DNA of 24,026 nt from Armatimonadota bacterium (GTDB lineage Bacteria; Armatimonadota; UBA5829; DTLH01): contig JBBRAE010000038.1 in NCBI GenBank assembly GCA_038207085.1, forward strand, positions 1 through 24,026, given 5' to 3'. This document shows positions 7,201 to 16,495 of this stretch, one piece after another. A model generated the notes under the pieces. The model was not told where the DNA came from, did no database searches, and was given only the letters and a program-made list of their open reading frames with translations. The position numbers and the translations under genes are program-made. Each line of letters opens with the position of its first letter. Positions within the stretch are counted from its first letter, which is position 1.

Positions 7201-8838
7201 CTAAAATTCCGCCGCCCGCGCAATCGCCGGGTCGAGCCCCGGAAAGTGCTCGATGTATCTCGCCCGCTCAAGCCTCAGTTCCCCCACGAGGTAGTCGATC
7301 TGCTCGGAGTCATAATACCGGTCCAGGCAGAAACGCCCGTAGTCGCAGCCGTCGATCGTTTTCGGCGTCTCAAGCATCCAGTAGGGGTCTTCCTGCCACT
7401 CTATCGTGCCTCGGGCGATTCCACGGATGATCGAGCTCATCTCCGGGATCTGCACGCGGGTCACTCGCTGCTTGACGTGCTTGGTGCCGTCGAGGTCGCG
7501 CCGGACGATCTCCCCGACGCCCCCAGTGTTCAGCATATAGCACTGGATCTTGTCCGGGTGACTTTTCACGAACTCGTAGAAGAGATTTCCCTCAAGACTC
7601 GCGTCGCCGATCACAAAGGGGTTGGTCCCGACCTCGCGGGCGTTGTCCCCGTTGCCTCTGCGCTCGGAGGCGGGCGCGTCGATCGACTCGCCGAGCATAA
7701 ACGCCGCGGCGGCCTGCTCCGGGGTGAGCCTTGAGGCGACCGGGAGCACCGTATTTCTGCGCAGGATGAAGGTCATAATCAACCCATCAAGCTCGGAAAG
7801 CGGCGGCAGGTTGATCGAGTCGCTCATATACTCGCCGAGGTCACTTCGCTGGACAATCCCCCGGCCGTTGCCCGTAAGGGTCTGATCGGAGAAATGAGCC
7901 GTGCCGTTGTAGTCGACCATCACGTTTTCAAGAATCGCATCCGGCTTGGTTGCGGCGCTGTAGAGGAGCGGCTGAAGTGCGGGGTCAAGCGCGTCGGTCT
8001 TGATATAAAACGCCCGCTCAGACCCCAGAAGGCTTCCGTCTTTCTGCCAGAAGACGACGTCGTCCTGCACGATCTCCACCCCTTCGCCCTCAAGGCAGAG
8101 GTCGTGGTTGTGGCAGGCGTGGGTCGTTTTGCCAGTCGCTGCGAGCCCGAATATGACCATACCCAGCCGCCGGATTTTGCCGTCCCGGTCGCGCGCGCGG
8201 ATGATCTTGGTCCCGGCATGCAGCCCGAGCATACCCGACTGCTTGGCGTGCCACATCGCCATCCTCAGGAACCCCTTTTTGGCCTCGCCGTAGTAGTCGG
8301 TCCCGAGGATATAGGTGACGTCGATCTCTGGAAAGACGAGCACCTGGCGGTCTTTCTCCTGCCACTCAGGGATGTGGATGACGGTCATCTCAGGGCCGGG
8401 GAGGTCGTTTGGGTCAAAGAGCGTCTGTCGGACCATGTGCGCAAGGCGCACCATCTCCCGCCGGTATGTGGAAACGTAGAGCGTGCAGTGCGGCGTAAAG
8501 CCCGAATTATCCCCCATTGTCGCCCGAACGCGCACGAACGACGACTTCTTCATATAGGCATGGACGAGCTTCAGGGTCTCCGGCAGGTTGTTGATGATCT
8601 CCCGGCGGCGCTGGGTGACCCCTGACTGCATAACGCTCCGACTTCCGACGTACACGGTGAGCCCGGCGCTTCGGGTCTTGGTGTTTGAGACAAAATTGGT
8701 GTTTCCGAACCTGGTTCGAAGCCCGTAGTCTTCGGCCCTCTGTCGAATCTCCTCCGTGGAAGGCTCCGACACGTTTGGCAGGGTGGCGAGAAGATCCACC
8801 GCCGCCGACACCTGTTCAAGAAGAACAGTGGTATTCAC
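7201..8838 (-). CDS. pckA: Phosphoenolpyruvate carboxykinase (ATP)
   Basis: 545 aa; PCK motif GTDYYGEAKKG, LGLHAG, P-loop FGLAATGKTT, QDD kinase-2 motif, FYIKT, ILENV, NGRG, YMLNTG. Confidence 0.9.
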   Translation of the reverse strand: MNTTVLLEQVSAAVDLLATLPNVSEPSTEEIRQRAEDYGLRTRFGNTNFVSNTKTRSAGLTVYVGSRSVMQSGVTQRRREIINNLPETLKLVHAYMKKSSFVRVRATMGDNSGFTPHCTLYVSTYRREMVRLAHMVRQTLFDPNDLPGPEMTVIHIPEWQEKDRQVLVFPEIDVTYILGTDYYGEAKKGFLRMAMWHAKQSGMLGLHAGTKIIRARDRDGKIRRLGMVIFGLAATGKTTHACHNHDLCLEGEGVEIVQDDVVFWQKDGSLLGSERAFYIKTDALDPALQPLLYSAATKPDAILENVMVDYNGTAHFSDQTLTGNGRGIVQRSDLGEYMSDSINLPPLSELDGLIMTFILRRNTVLPVASRLTPEQAAAAFMLGESIDAPASERRGNGDNAREVGTNPFVIGDASLEGNLFYEFVKSHPDKIQCYMLNTGGVGEIVRRDLDGTKHVKQRVTRVQIPEMSSIIRGIARGTIEWQEDPYWMLETPKTIDGCDYGRFCLDRYYDSEQIDYLVGELRLERARYIEHFPGLDPAIARAAEF

Positions 8839-9075
8839 TTGTTTTTTCCTCCGTCGTAGAATCCCTGCGGGCCAAGGCGTCGCGAATAAGTTTGCGTGGC
8901 AATTTGCCCGAGGGAGCCGGACGGGTCCGGCCGCCGCTTTTTGTGGCTTCCGGCAATGCTACAGCGCACTGTCGGCACGTTTATTTTACTGCTAAGCCGT
9001 TACGAAAACAAGCTTCGAGCATAAATGCCTGCCCGGCGCCTGACTTTTCGTGGAACCATGATATAGATGGGTTAG

Positions 9076-9148
9076 CCCGCTTTATTCGCTTCACGAGTAA
9101 AGCTTTCGCTAACAGAGCATTATTCACGCTACTCGTGAATAATGCGGG
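9076..9148. mobile_element. 73-bp MITE-like element, full copy with inverted first-hairpin loop
   Basis: Same sequence as 4050-4122 except loop CTTCA instead of TGAAG and one A>G change; flanked by TTAG (9072-9075) and ATAG (9149-9152). Confidence 0.9.
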
Positions 9149-9189
9149 ATAGATTACTCCGAATCAAGCACAGGAGGTCTGCGAACAAC

Positions 9190-9375
9190 ATGAACCATGC
9201 CGAAGTAAGACGTGTCGAAGAGATCAGGACAAGTTACGAGGTCAACCGGTTCCTTGAGCTTGGCTGGGTGCTCCTGCAGGTATTCCCTGCCCCCGGCGGC
9301 AACCCGCAGGACAAATGGCCGTTCTACATCATGGGTTGGGCCAAGCAGGACGGACCGGTCTATCCCGAAATTTGA
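9190..9375 (+). CDS. Small hypothetical protein (61 aa)
   Basis: AGGAGG RBS upstream of ATG 9190; MNHAEVRRVEEI...VNRFLELGWVLLQV...FYIMGW; fills the gap before a convergent gene. Confidence 0.6.
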   Translation: MNHAEVRRVEEIRTSYEVNRFLELGWVLLQVFPAPGGNPQDKWPFYIMGWAKQDGPVYPEI

Positions 9376-9384
9376 TCGCTGAGC

Positions 9385-11181
9385 CTACCCCCGCGCCTTC
9401 GCTCTGACGTTCTGTTCGTGAATTACCGACTGCAGTCCATCGGCGGGTCCTGCCTTGAGCATCTCCTGGAGGGTGACGAGCTTGTAGCCCTTTGCGCGCA
9501 GGCGGTCGATGATCGCAGGGAGCGCCTGCATGGTGATCGGCTCGGTGTTGTGCATCAGAATGACGCTTCCGGGGATAGTCTGGTTCATCACCTGATTGAT
9601 CATAGTCTCGGGCTTTTTCCCCTCGCTTTGTCCGCAGTTGACGGTCCACATCACCTGAGAGAGCCCGTATTTGGCGGCGATCTTTCCGACCGATGCGTTG
9701 TGTCGCCCGCCGGGAGCTCTAAAAAGCCCCGGAACCTGCCCCGTGATCCCTCGAATCACCGACTGGTTGCGCATAAGCTCGCGCTCGATATCGGCATCTG
9801 GGATATACTCCAAATTGCGATGAGAGTAGGTATGGCTTTCGATCTCATGACCGGAGTCCGCCATCAGCTTCAGCGTCTTCACGTTTTGCTCGGCCATAGA
9901 GCCCACCACAAAGAACGTCGCTTTGACCCCTTTTGCCGCGAGGATATCGAGCAGCTTCGGCGTGCCGATATTTGGTCCGTCGTCAAAAGTTAACGCGGCG
10001 AGCTTCTGGTCTGTTTTGACCCGCCAGACCTCAGTATATTGCCCGGCCGGCTGATAGCGTCTGAGCAGAAGCGTCCGGGCGTCTTTGAAGTTGGGGTCGA
10101 TCCCGACCAGTGCCTCGACTGCGGCAAGCGAAGCCTGCGTGTCCTTTAGCCCATCCGAGCACTTCATCGCGGTGTAGTAGGCGAGCCTGCGGGACGGCTT
10201 CAGCCGAAGCGATTCCCAAAGCTTCGCCTCAATGCGACGAACGTCCTCACCCTCCGCGGGGGCCATCTTCACCTGGTCTTTGTTGAAGACATATATCCCC
10301 GCCTTCTTCTCCGAGACAGCCGCGCCTGAAGAGTCGCGGCCTTCAATTCTGATCGTATGCGGCGCATTTGCGAGCCTGCGGGTGTCGACCTGGCACTCAT
10401 ACGGCGGGTGGTTAATGATCCCGACCACGGCGTCGTCGACGTAAAAGAGCACATAGGCGATGTCAGCCCCGCGTGGCATGTCGACCCGAAGCATGAGCGT
10501 CCCACTTACCCTTTTGTGCGCCGGGGCGACTTCAAGCGGCGGCTGGTAGGCTTTGGCAAGTCCGGGGGCGGTAAGTGCGACGGGTCGCGCCGCTTCAAAG
10601 GTCACAACAGCGCCGAACTCCTCGATAAACCCCTTCTGCCCGGTCGCGATTCCAAGACTGATCTCCCGTGCGCGTTCAAACTCCCGTTTCTCCAGATACC
10701 CCTGGGCCGCAACCTGCCGCAGTGCCGGGTCACCGGAGGCGTCTGCAGCGCTGGGATAGTCTCCCCCAAGCGCCGCGAGATAGGCGATCACCGATGCGGT
10801 GTCCACAAGGTCGTCTGCGGGGATCGATTTGAACTGCTCCAGCGCCCCGGCGCGATCGGCTTTGGCGAGCAGGCACAAACCGAGCCCGTAGAGCGCGAGC
10901 GGGTGCCCATCTACGAGCTTGTCGGCGGCGGCGAACTCCACCTGCGCGCGCTCGATATTCCGCGTGTGCAGAAGCGCTGTCGCAAGCGCGATGTGGGCAA
11001 GCGGGTCGTCCGACCGGTGGACGAGCGCATTCCCCGCCTCCTGGACAGCCACGTCGTAGCTTCCCTGGGCGATATCAGACGCGCTGGCCCCGGCATCGTC
11101 CAGATACGGGTCGCCACCAAACACCGGCAGCGATGCAAGCGCGATTATAGCAAGTGTGATGCGGGCGATATTGCGAAGCAA
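9385..11181 (-). CDS. Secreted polysaccharide deacetylase (NodB/CE4) with N-terminal TPR-like and Ig-like domains
   Basis: Signal peptide; TPR-like helices (LALYGLGLCLL); Ig-like segment (VLFYVDD...PPYE...DT..LAN..HTIRIEG); CE4 motifs TFDDGP, HTYSH, FRAPGG, ILMH. Confidence 0.85.
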   Translation of the reverse strand: MLRNIARITLAIIALASLPVFGGDPYLDDAGASASDIAQGSYDVAVQEAGNALVHRSDDPLAHIALATALLHTRNIERAQVEFAAADKLVDGHPLALYGLGLCLLAKADRAGALEQFKSIPADDLVDTASVIAYLAALGGDYPSAADASGDPALRQVAAQGYLEKREFERAREISLGIATGQKGFIEEFGAVVTFEAARPVALTAPGLAKAYQPPLEVAPAHKRVSGTLMLRVDMPRGADIAYVLFYVDDAVVGIINHPPYECQVDTRRLANAPHTIRIEGRDSSGAAVSEKKAGIYVFNKDQVKMAPAEGEDVRRIEAKLWESLRLKPSRRLAYYTAMKCSDGLKDTQASLAAVEALVGIDPNFKDARTLLLRRYQPAGQYTEVWRVKTDQKLAALTFDDGPNIGTPKLLDILAAKGVKATFFVVGSMAEQNVKTLKLMADSGHEIESHTYSHRNLEYIPDADIERELMRNQSVIRGITGQVPGLFRAPGGRHNASVGKIAAKYGLSQVMWTVNCGQSEGKKPETMINQVMNQTIPGSVILMHNTEPITMQALPAIIDRLRAKGYKLVTLQEMLKAGPADGLQSVIHEQNVRAKARG

Positions 11182-11406
11182 CTGTAGCGTTCCTCAAATA
11201 GTGTGCATTGCATAAAGGCCAATAAATAAACCCGTCTTCATGTTAAGGCAGCGCGCGCCGGAAGTCAAACGGCATTGGGAGATGCATAGAAGCAGAAGGA
11301 AGTCCGAAGTCGTTTGCCTAATACATCTCTTGGTGGCTCTATGCTTGGATGAAGAGTGCAGAGCGCCGCAGGAGCAGTTGAGAACGGGGAACAGGGTACG
11401 TTTTTC

Positions 11407-11997
11407 TTGAGTATATCAAAGTTTTCAGAGTTCGTTGAGGAAAATTACGAGATTCGCGAATGGCGACACGCTTCTGCCATACTGCGAACCGACTATCCGT
11501 CGGAGTGGGCAGATGTCATCAGCGCACTCACGGAGTTCAAGGTTCGAAAATCAGACATAGAGATCGGCGGGGGCAACAAATCCCACGTTGCAGGTCGTTT
11601 GGATGAAGCCCTTACGACTCGCGGCTGGCAAGAGAAATCTTTTAAGACCCAAATAGTGGTCGACGACGTTGCCGTGGACAGTCCAACTCACAAGGTAGAC
11701 TGCTTCAGGAATGGTGTTGCGCTCGAGATCGAATGGAACAACAAAGACCCATTCTTCGACCGCGATCTGAATAACTTTCGGTTGCTATTTGAGCTGAGAG
11801 CCGTCAGCGTCGGCATTATTGTCACGCGATCTGACGAGCTTCAGCAGATATTCAACTCACTCGGACGAGGTAGTTCTTATGGCAACTCGACTACTCATAT
11901 GTCCAAGTTGTTGCCGAGACTCGAAGGAGGAGGTGGAGGCGGATGTCCAGTATTGGTATTCGGGATAACAAAGAGCTTGTACTGCCCGAACTTATAG
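11407..11997 (+). CDS. BglII/BstYI-family type II restriction endonuclease-like protein
   Basis: THKVDCFRNGVALEIEWNNKDPFFDRDLNNFRLL (PD-(D/E)xK-type D...EIE site), GGGNKS, C-terminal GGGGGCPVLVFGI. Start uncertain (TTG 11407 or GTG 11356). Confidence 0.8.
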   Translation: MSISKFSEFVEENYEIREWRHASAILRTDYPSEWADVISALTEFKVRKSDIEIGGGNKSHVAGRLDEALTTRGWQEKSFKTQIVVDDVAVDSPTHKVDCFRNGVALEIEWNNKDPFFDRDLNNFRLLFELRAVSVGIIVTRSDELQQIFNSLGRGSSYGNSTTHMSKLLPRLEGGGGGGCPVLVFGITKSLYCPNL

Positions 11998-12584
11998 CGC
12001 CACAGGTATCAGAGGCAATAACGGAGTGCGCCGCGAAAGATCTGTTGTCTTTCAAACCGGCTCACTTTGGTACTATTCTGGCTGATCCCCCCTGGCAGTT
12101 CGCGAACAGAACTGGCAAGATGGCTCCTGAGCATAAACGTCTGAGAAGGTATCCAACCATGACACTGGACGAGATCATGGAATTGCCCGTTTCTCGTATA
12201 GCGCGTGCTCAGTCCCATCTCTACCTTTGGGTGCCAAACGCCTTGCTCGCCGAAGGCTTAGAGGTGATGAAGCGCTGGGGCTTTACCTACAAAACCAACA
12301 TGGTTTGGTACAAGATCCGAAAGGATGGAGGACCCGATGGACGCGGCGTCGGTTTCTATTTTCGAAATGTGACTGAACTAGTGTTGTTCGGTGTGAGAGG
12401 CAGTATGCGGACGCTTGCTCCAGGCAGACGCCAGGTCAATATCGTCAGCACCCAGAAAAGGGAGCATTCGCGCAAGCCCGATGAGCTGTACGATATTGTT
12501 GAAGCATGCAGCCCCGGCCCGTATCTCGAAATGTTTGCACGCCACTCTCGCGAGGGATGGTGTCAATGGGGAAACGAAGTATAG
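11943..12584 (+). CDS. MT-A70 family N6-adenine DNA methyltransferase
   Basis: ILADPPW catalytic motif, HLYLWV, WGFTYKT, REHSRKP, YLEMFAR, WGNE. Start uncertain; overlaps the end of the endonuclease. Confidence 0.9.
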   Translation: MSSIGIRDNKELVLPELIAPQVSEAITECAAKDLLSFKPAHFGTILADPPWQFANRTGKMAPEHKRLRRYPTMTLDEIMELPVSRIARAQSHLYLWVPNALLAEGLEVMKRWGFTYKTNMVWYKIRKDGGPDGRGVGFYFRNVTELVLFGVRGSMRTLAPGRRQVNIVSTQKREHSRKPDELYDIVEACSPGPYLEMFARHSREGWCQWGNEV

Positions 12585-12983
12585 TTTCATATACGAGATT
12601 GTATACAACAGCGTGAAGGATTGTCTATGGTCATGGGTGTCTGCACTCATGACCATTTTTGCATCTTGAACTGAGCAAAATTCTGCGGCGTCGATCACGG
12701 GTTCGTCCAAACTCACTGATAACCCCGCCCCACCATCACCCCTTTCACCCTCGCTCACCCGTTCTGTCACCCACAGGGGTTAATATTTTTACACCAAACT
12801 TGCCCACATGGGCTAAAGATCACCCACTGGCCGCCGATAATGAGGTTAAGCAAGCGGGAGAGACTGGTCGGGGTTACTCCTTTATTGCTTGATGGAGCGT
12901 TGGGACGAAAGCCTCCCGAGTCAACGCCTGGAGCGTCATTCCCTGTCGGCAAAGATACGCTGCAGTGCAGGAGTTGATCCTTT

Positions 12984-13649
12984 ATGGAGTCTGTAAACAT
13001 TCAAGCAGCCAGGACAATTGTGGTATCCGACCACAGGCTGCACCGTGAAGTGCTTGCCCGATGCCTTGCGAGCGAAAGTGATATCGAAATCGCAGGGACG
13101 ACGGGAAGCGTGGAAGGCGCGCGTTCGCTCGTTGCGGGCGAAAGAGTCGACGTAGTAATCCTTGAGGCTGGGGAATCAGACCTGGCCGTGATGGAATGGT
13201 TTGCAGAGATGAAGTTGGGCGAGGACTGCCCGAAACTTGTGGTGCTCGCCGACCGTCACGACGAAGACGCCGCCCTGAGATATATCGGCGCCGGCGCGGA
13301 GGCGTATCTGTTGAACGACTCGTCCTGCGAGCAACTGATCTCCGCGATCGAGCGGGTATTGACAGGGGAATACGTCTTTGACCCCGCGCTTGCGGTGCCT
13401 GTGGTCCGCCGGGTTGCGGCAAGTCTGCACACTTCCCGGTCGGCAGCTGAGACTCCGACGTTTGTGGGGCTATCCAACCGCGAAAAAGAAATCGCGGCGC
13501 TTGCTTCACAGGGAATGACCAACGAAAAGATCGCGGAGGCGATGTTTATCACGCCAAACACGGTCAAGACCCACCTGCGACGGGTCTACCAGAGGCTCGG
13601 GATATGCTCCCGACGCCAACTTATGCAGAAATATTTACGCGCGGCGTAA
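12984..13649 (+). CDS. NarL/LuxR-family response regulator with atypical receiver domain
   Basis: C-terminal LuxR HTH LSNREKEIAALASQGMTNEKIAEAMFITPNTVKTHLRRVYQRLG; receiver-like N-terminus; AGGAG RBS. Confidence 0.9.
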   Translation: MESVNIQAARTIVVSDHRLHREVLARCLASESDIEIAGTTGSVEGARSLVAGERVDVVILEAGESDLAVMEWFAEMKLGEDCPKLVVLADRHDEDAALRYIGAGAEAYLLNDSSCEQLISAIERVLTGEYVFDPALAVPVVRRVAASLHTSRSAAETPTFVGLSNREKEIAALASQGMTNEKIAEAMFITPNTVKTHLRRVYQRLGICSRRQLMQKYLRAA

Positions 13650-13715
13650 CACCCGCGTTTTTGTTTTGAAAAGCTTCGTCAAGCCAACGCTTGCGAGGAC
13701 ACCTCCTACCCTCGT

Positions 13716-13769
13716 CCGTGGGAAGGCGGATCCGGCTGGCCCCTGGTCCTCCTCCCACGGTACTTTTTT
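13716..13769 (+). terminator. Probable intrinsic terminator or structured 3' region after the LuxR gene
   Basis: CCGTGGGA (13716-13723) pairs with TCCCACGG (13753-13760), followed by TACTTTTTT. Confidence 0.55.
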
Positions 13770-13899
13770 GCCCCATGCGCCGACGTTTGCAAAATTGAGC
13801 AGTCGGCCCGAAATCCAGCAGGAAATCCCCGTCAAGCCGCGAAGTATACCTTGGAAGCCGTAGCGCAAGCGCTGCTACTAAACCAGAATGGCAGGCTAG

Positions 13900-15921
13900 A
13901 TGATAGATATCAGGGAGTTTCCAATCTCACAGAAGACGCGCAACCTCGTGCGCTTTTGCGTGCATCCCGGCTATGAGGTGATTGACGACAGCTTCATCGC
14001 AAACTACGGGTTTCGGGACAGGGGCAGCCACTTCTCGATCCTGAAGAGCACCGAAACCGCACCGGGCCCCGACCAGTGCTTCTCAAACTTCGACCGAGAC
14101 GCCCGCCCCGTGTTCGCCAAGCTCCTTGGCCTTGAGTTGGACTTTCCCGGCCCCTCCGCCGGGCAAAAAGAGCACTACCAGCTCTACAGCTCGATCAACT
14201 ACTACCGCTCGCACATCGAAGAGCACTTCTGCGCAAACGGCATCACCCCCCTGCCTCCGATCCAGGGCACGTGCGTCATGTTCTACCCCGAGACCGACCG
14301 ATTGGCAGTCTCCTACACCCTTGTCAACAACTCCAGCACCGACGTCTCGTTGCGCCTGAGGTGGAAAGCGGTCCCGGAGACGGGAATAGACCGCTCTTTC
14401 CAGACCAAAGAAAACGGCTTTGCGGTGCGAGTGAGGCAAAAGGTCGAGGTGGAGTACGACTCCTACGCCGCCCTCTCCTCAAGCGAGCCCGATCTGCGCT
14501 TCAGCGTTCAGGACGACGCAATTGTCTCAGACTGGGTCGATCGCACAGTCCCCGCAGGAGGGGATACTCGCTTTGATTTTGCAATAGATTTTGGTTTCAA
14601 GCCTTCGACGCCCCAGGCAATTCCTGCCAACACAGGCGCGCAGCTTCGTGCAACAGTCGCCGACGCCGAACGGGCCTATGCCTCGCTTCCGCCGCTTCCG
14701 GAGGGCTTCCAAGGCTTCGAACAGCTCGTCCTGAAAGCTGCAGGGACGCTTAGAACGCTTCGCTACATGGATATCGACCCCGCGGGCGAGCCGGTATGGA
14801 GCATCCACGCGGGCAAGTGCGGCATCGCCTGCACCTACTTCTGGGACAGCGCCTTCACACTCCTTGGGCTTGGGCTTTTGGGTGACACCGACACCGCGCA
14901 CGGGGTCTCCAAACTGCTGCTAGACGGCGTCAAGGAAGACGGCACCCCACCTCTCTACTACATCCTCAGGCAGCACAGATACGAGCACCAGATGCCGATC
15001 TACGCCTGGGGAGTCGGTCACCTGCTCGGCCTGCGACCCGACGACGATTTTCTCGCCGACGCCTACCAGCCACTCAGCCGTTACGTGAACCACTGGGTCC
15101 GGGACTGTGACTCAGACCAAAGCGGGCTTGTGGAGTATCCTGACGGCGGAACCTGTCTTGACGACTCACTTCGCTGGCAGGACCGGTTCCCCATCAGCTT
15201 TTCGCCTGGGGAGAAGTGGTTTGAGAAAGATTGGGGAGAAACGCACCCGGGCCAGTTCAAAAGCCCGGACACCAACACCCACCTCTACCTCGAATGCCGC
15301 ACGCTTGCCGCGATGGCCCGCCGTCTGGGCAAGGAAAGTGAGGCCGAAGTTTGGAACATGCGCGCCGACAGGCTTGGGAAGCTTATCCATTCCGAGCTTT
15401 TCAACCCCAAAAGCGGCGTCTACGAGGACCGCTCGGCCAAGGACGGCCGTTTCGTCGGGATGGTGACCGCGGGAAGCTTCCTTCCCCTCTACGCAGGCAT
15501 CACTCCGCCCGAGATCGCCCGGGACATCTGCCGGCGGTATCTGCTGGACCCCGAGCACTTCTACACCACGATGCCTTTTGCATCAGTCGACCGGGCCCAC
15601 CCATCGTTTAGAAGCGGGGGAGGTCTGTTCGTGCCGCCCGAGCACCCCGGCGCGCTCGTTCAGCAGAGTTACTGGAAAGGCAGGGCGTGGCCGCATGTCA
15701 GCTTTTGGCTGGTCGGGGCGCTCTACCGCTCGGGGCTTGAGGCTGAAGCCGACGAGGCCGCACGCGCGATTCTCGACGCCATCAGCCGCTCAGAGGCGAT
15801 CCACGAGTGCTACGACAGTCTGACGGGCTTTGGCAACGGCCACCCAGAGTTCGCCTGGAGTTCCGCCGCAGTGCTCGCGCTCGCATACGGACTGTACAAG
15901 CACGATCCGGTCGGGATCTAA
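13900..15921 (+). CDS. (alpha/alpha)6-barrel glycoside hydrolase, GH63/MGH1-like
   Basis: 673 aa; YFWDSAF, LDDSLRW, FLPLYAG, YWKGRAWPH, HECYD, FAWSSA motifs. Confidence 0.75.
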   Translation: MIDIREFPISQKTRNLVRFCVHPGYEVIDDSFIANYGFRDRGSHFSILKSTETAPGPDQCFSNFDRDARPVFAKLLGLELDFPGPSAGQKEHYQLYSSINYYRSHIEEHFCANGITPLPPIQGTCVMFYPETDRLAVSYTLVNNSSTDVSLRLRWKAVPETGIDRSFQTKENGFAVRVRQKVEVEYDSYAALSSSEPDLRFSVQDDAIVSDWVDRTVPAGGDTRFDFAIDFGFKPSTPQAIPANTGAQLRATVADAERAYASLPPLPEGFQGFEQLVLKAAGTLRTLRYMDIDPAGEPVWSIHAGKCGIACTYFWDSAFTLLGLGLLGDTDTAHGVSKLLLDGVKEDGTPPLYYILRQHRYEHQMPIYAWGVGHLLGLRPDDDFLADAYQPLSRYVNHWVRDCDSDQSGLVEYPDGGTCLDDSLRWQDRFPISFSPGEKWFEKDWGETHPGQFKSPDTNTHLYLECRTLAAMARRLGKESEAEVWNMRADRLGKLIHSELFNPKSGVYEDRSAKDGRFVGMVTAGSFLPLYAGITPPEIARDICRRYLLDPEHFYTTMPFASVDRAHPSFRSGGGLFVPPEHPGALVQQSYWKGRAWPHVSFWLVGALYRSGLEAEADEAARAILDAISRSEAIHECYDSLTGFGNGHPEFAWSSAAVLALAYGLYKHDPVGI

Positions 15922-15922
15922 C

Positions 15923-16480
15923 CTATTTCACAACGTCAAGAATCTGCTTAAACTCAGGAGCCGTCGCGTCGCGCAGCATCTCATAGATCGCCGCCTCGCT
16001 TGATGTGACTACCACACCCGAGCCGCGCATCTTCGCAACGCCCGTCCGCCAGTCGCTGTCTTTGCGAGAACTCACCGCATCCTCAGCTACCTGCACGCTG
16101 TAGCCGACGTGCAAGAGGTCGTGCGCGGTCTGACTCACACAAATATGCGTCTCAACCCCACACAAGAGTACCTGCCGCCTGCCGGCCTCCGCTATCGCCC
16201 CACCAAAGCACTCGACCCCACAGCAGCTAAAGGTCATCTTATCAAGCCGGGTAGAGTCGGGCAGTAATTCAGCAACTTCGGGTATAACATCCCCCATCCG
16301 AGCCTGATACTGAAGCGTGGTTATTACGGGAACACCAAGCACGCCAGCCGCGCGAATCAGCTTGATCGTGTTCGAGATAACGCGCTCGCGCTCAAATATC
16401 GAGCGCAAAAACGGCTCCTGCATATCGACGACGACAAGCACGGCGTTATCTTTATCGAGAACATGGGGATGTCTGGTCAC
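15923..16480 (-). CDS. Isochorismatase-family cysteine hydrolase
   Basis: LVVVDMQE, DKMTFSC, GVETHICV (D-K-C triad), EDAVSSR. Confidence 0.85.
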   Translation of the reverse strand: MTRHPHVLDKDNAVLVVVDMQEPFLRSIFERERVISNTIKLIRAAGVLGVPVITTLQYQARMGDVIPEVAELLPDSTRLDKMTFSCCGVECFGGAIAEAGRRQVLLCGVETHICVSQTAHDLLHVGYSVQVAEDAVSSRKDSDWRTGVAKMRGSGVVVTSSEAAIYEMLRDATAPEFKQILDVVK

Positions 16481-16495
16481 GTTTCACCTCAATTT

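Noticed and set aside
8685..9152. 155-aa ORF ending in ...KAFANRALFTLLVNNAG
   Set aside because: Antisense to the pckA start and through its promoter region; the tail shared with the 3920-4126 ORF is just translation of the repeat
12860..12935. c-di-GMP-I riboswitch-like words (GGGACGAAAGCCTCC, CGGGGTTAC)
   Set aside because: The elements are in the wrong order and the GGCAAA...GAAA P2 arm is missing; an Infernal scan would settle it
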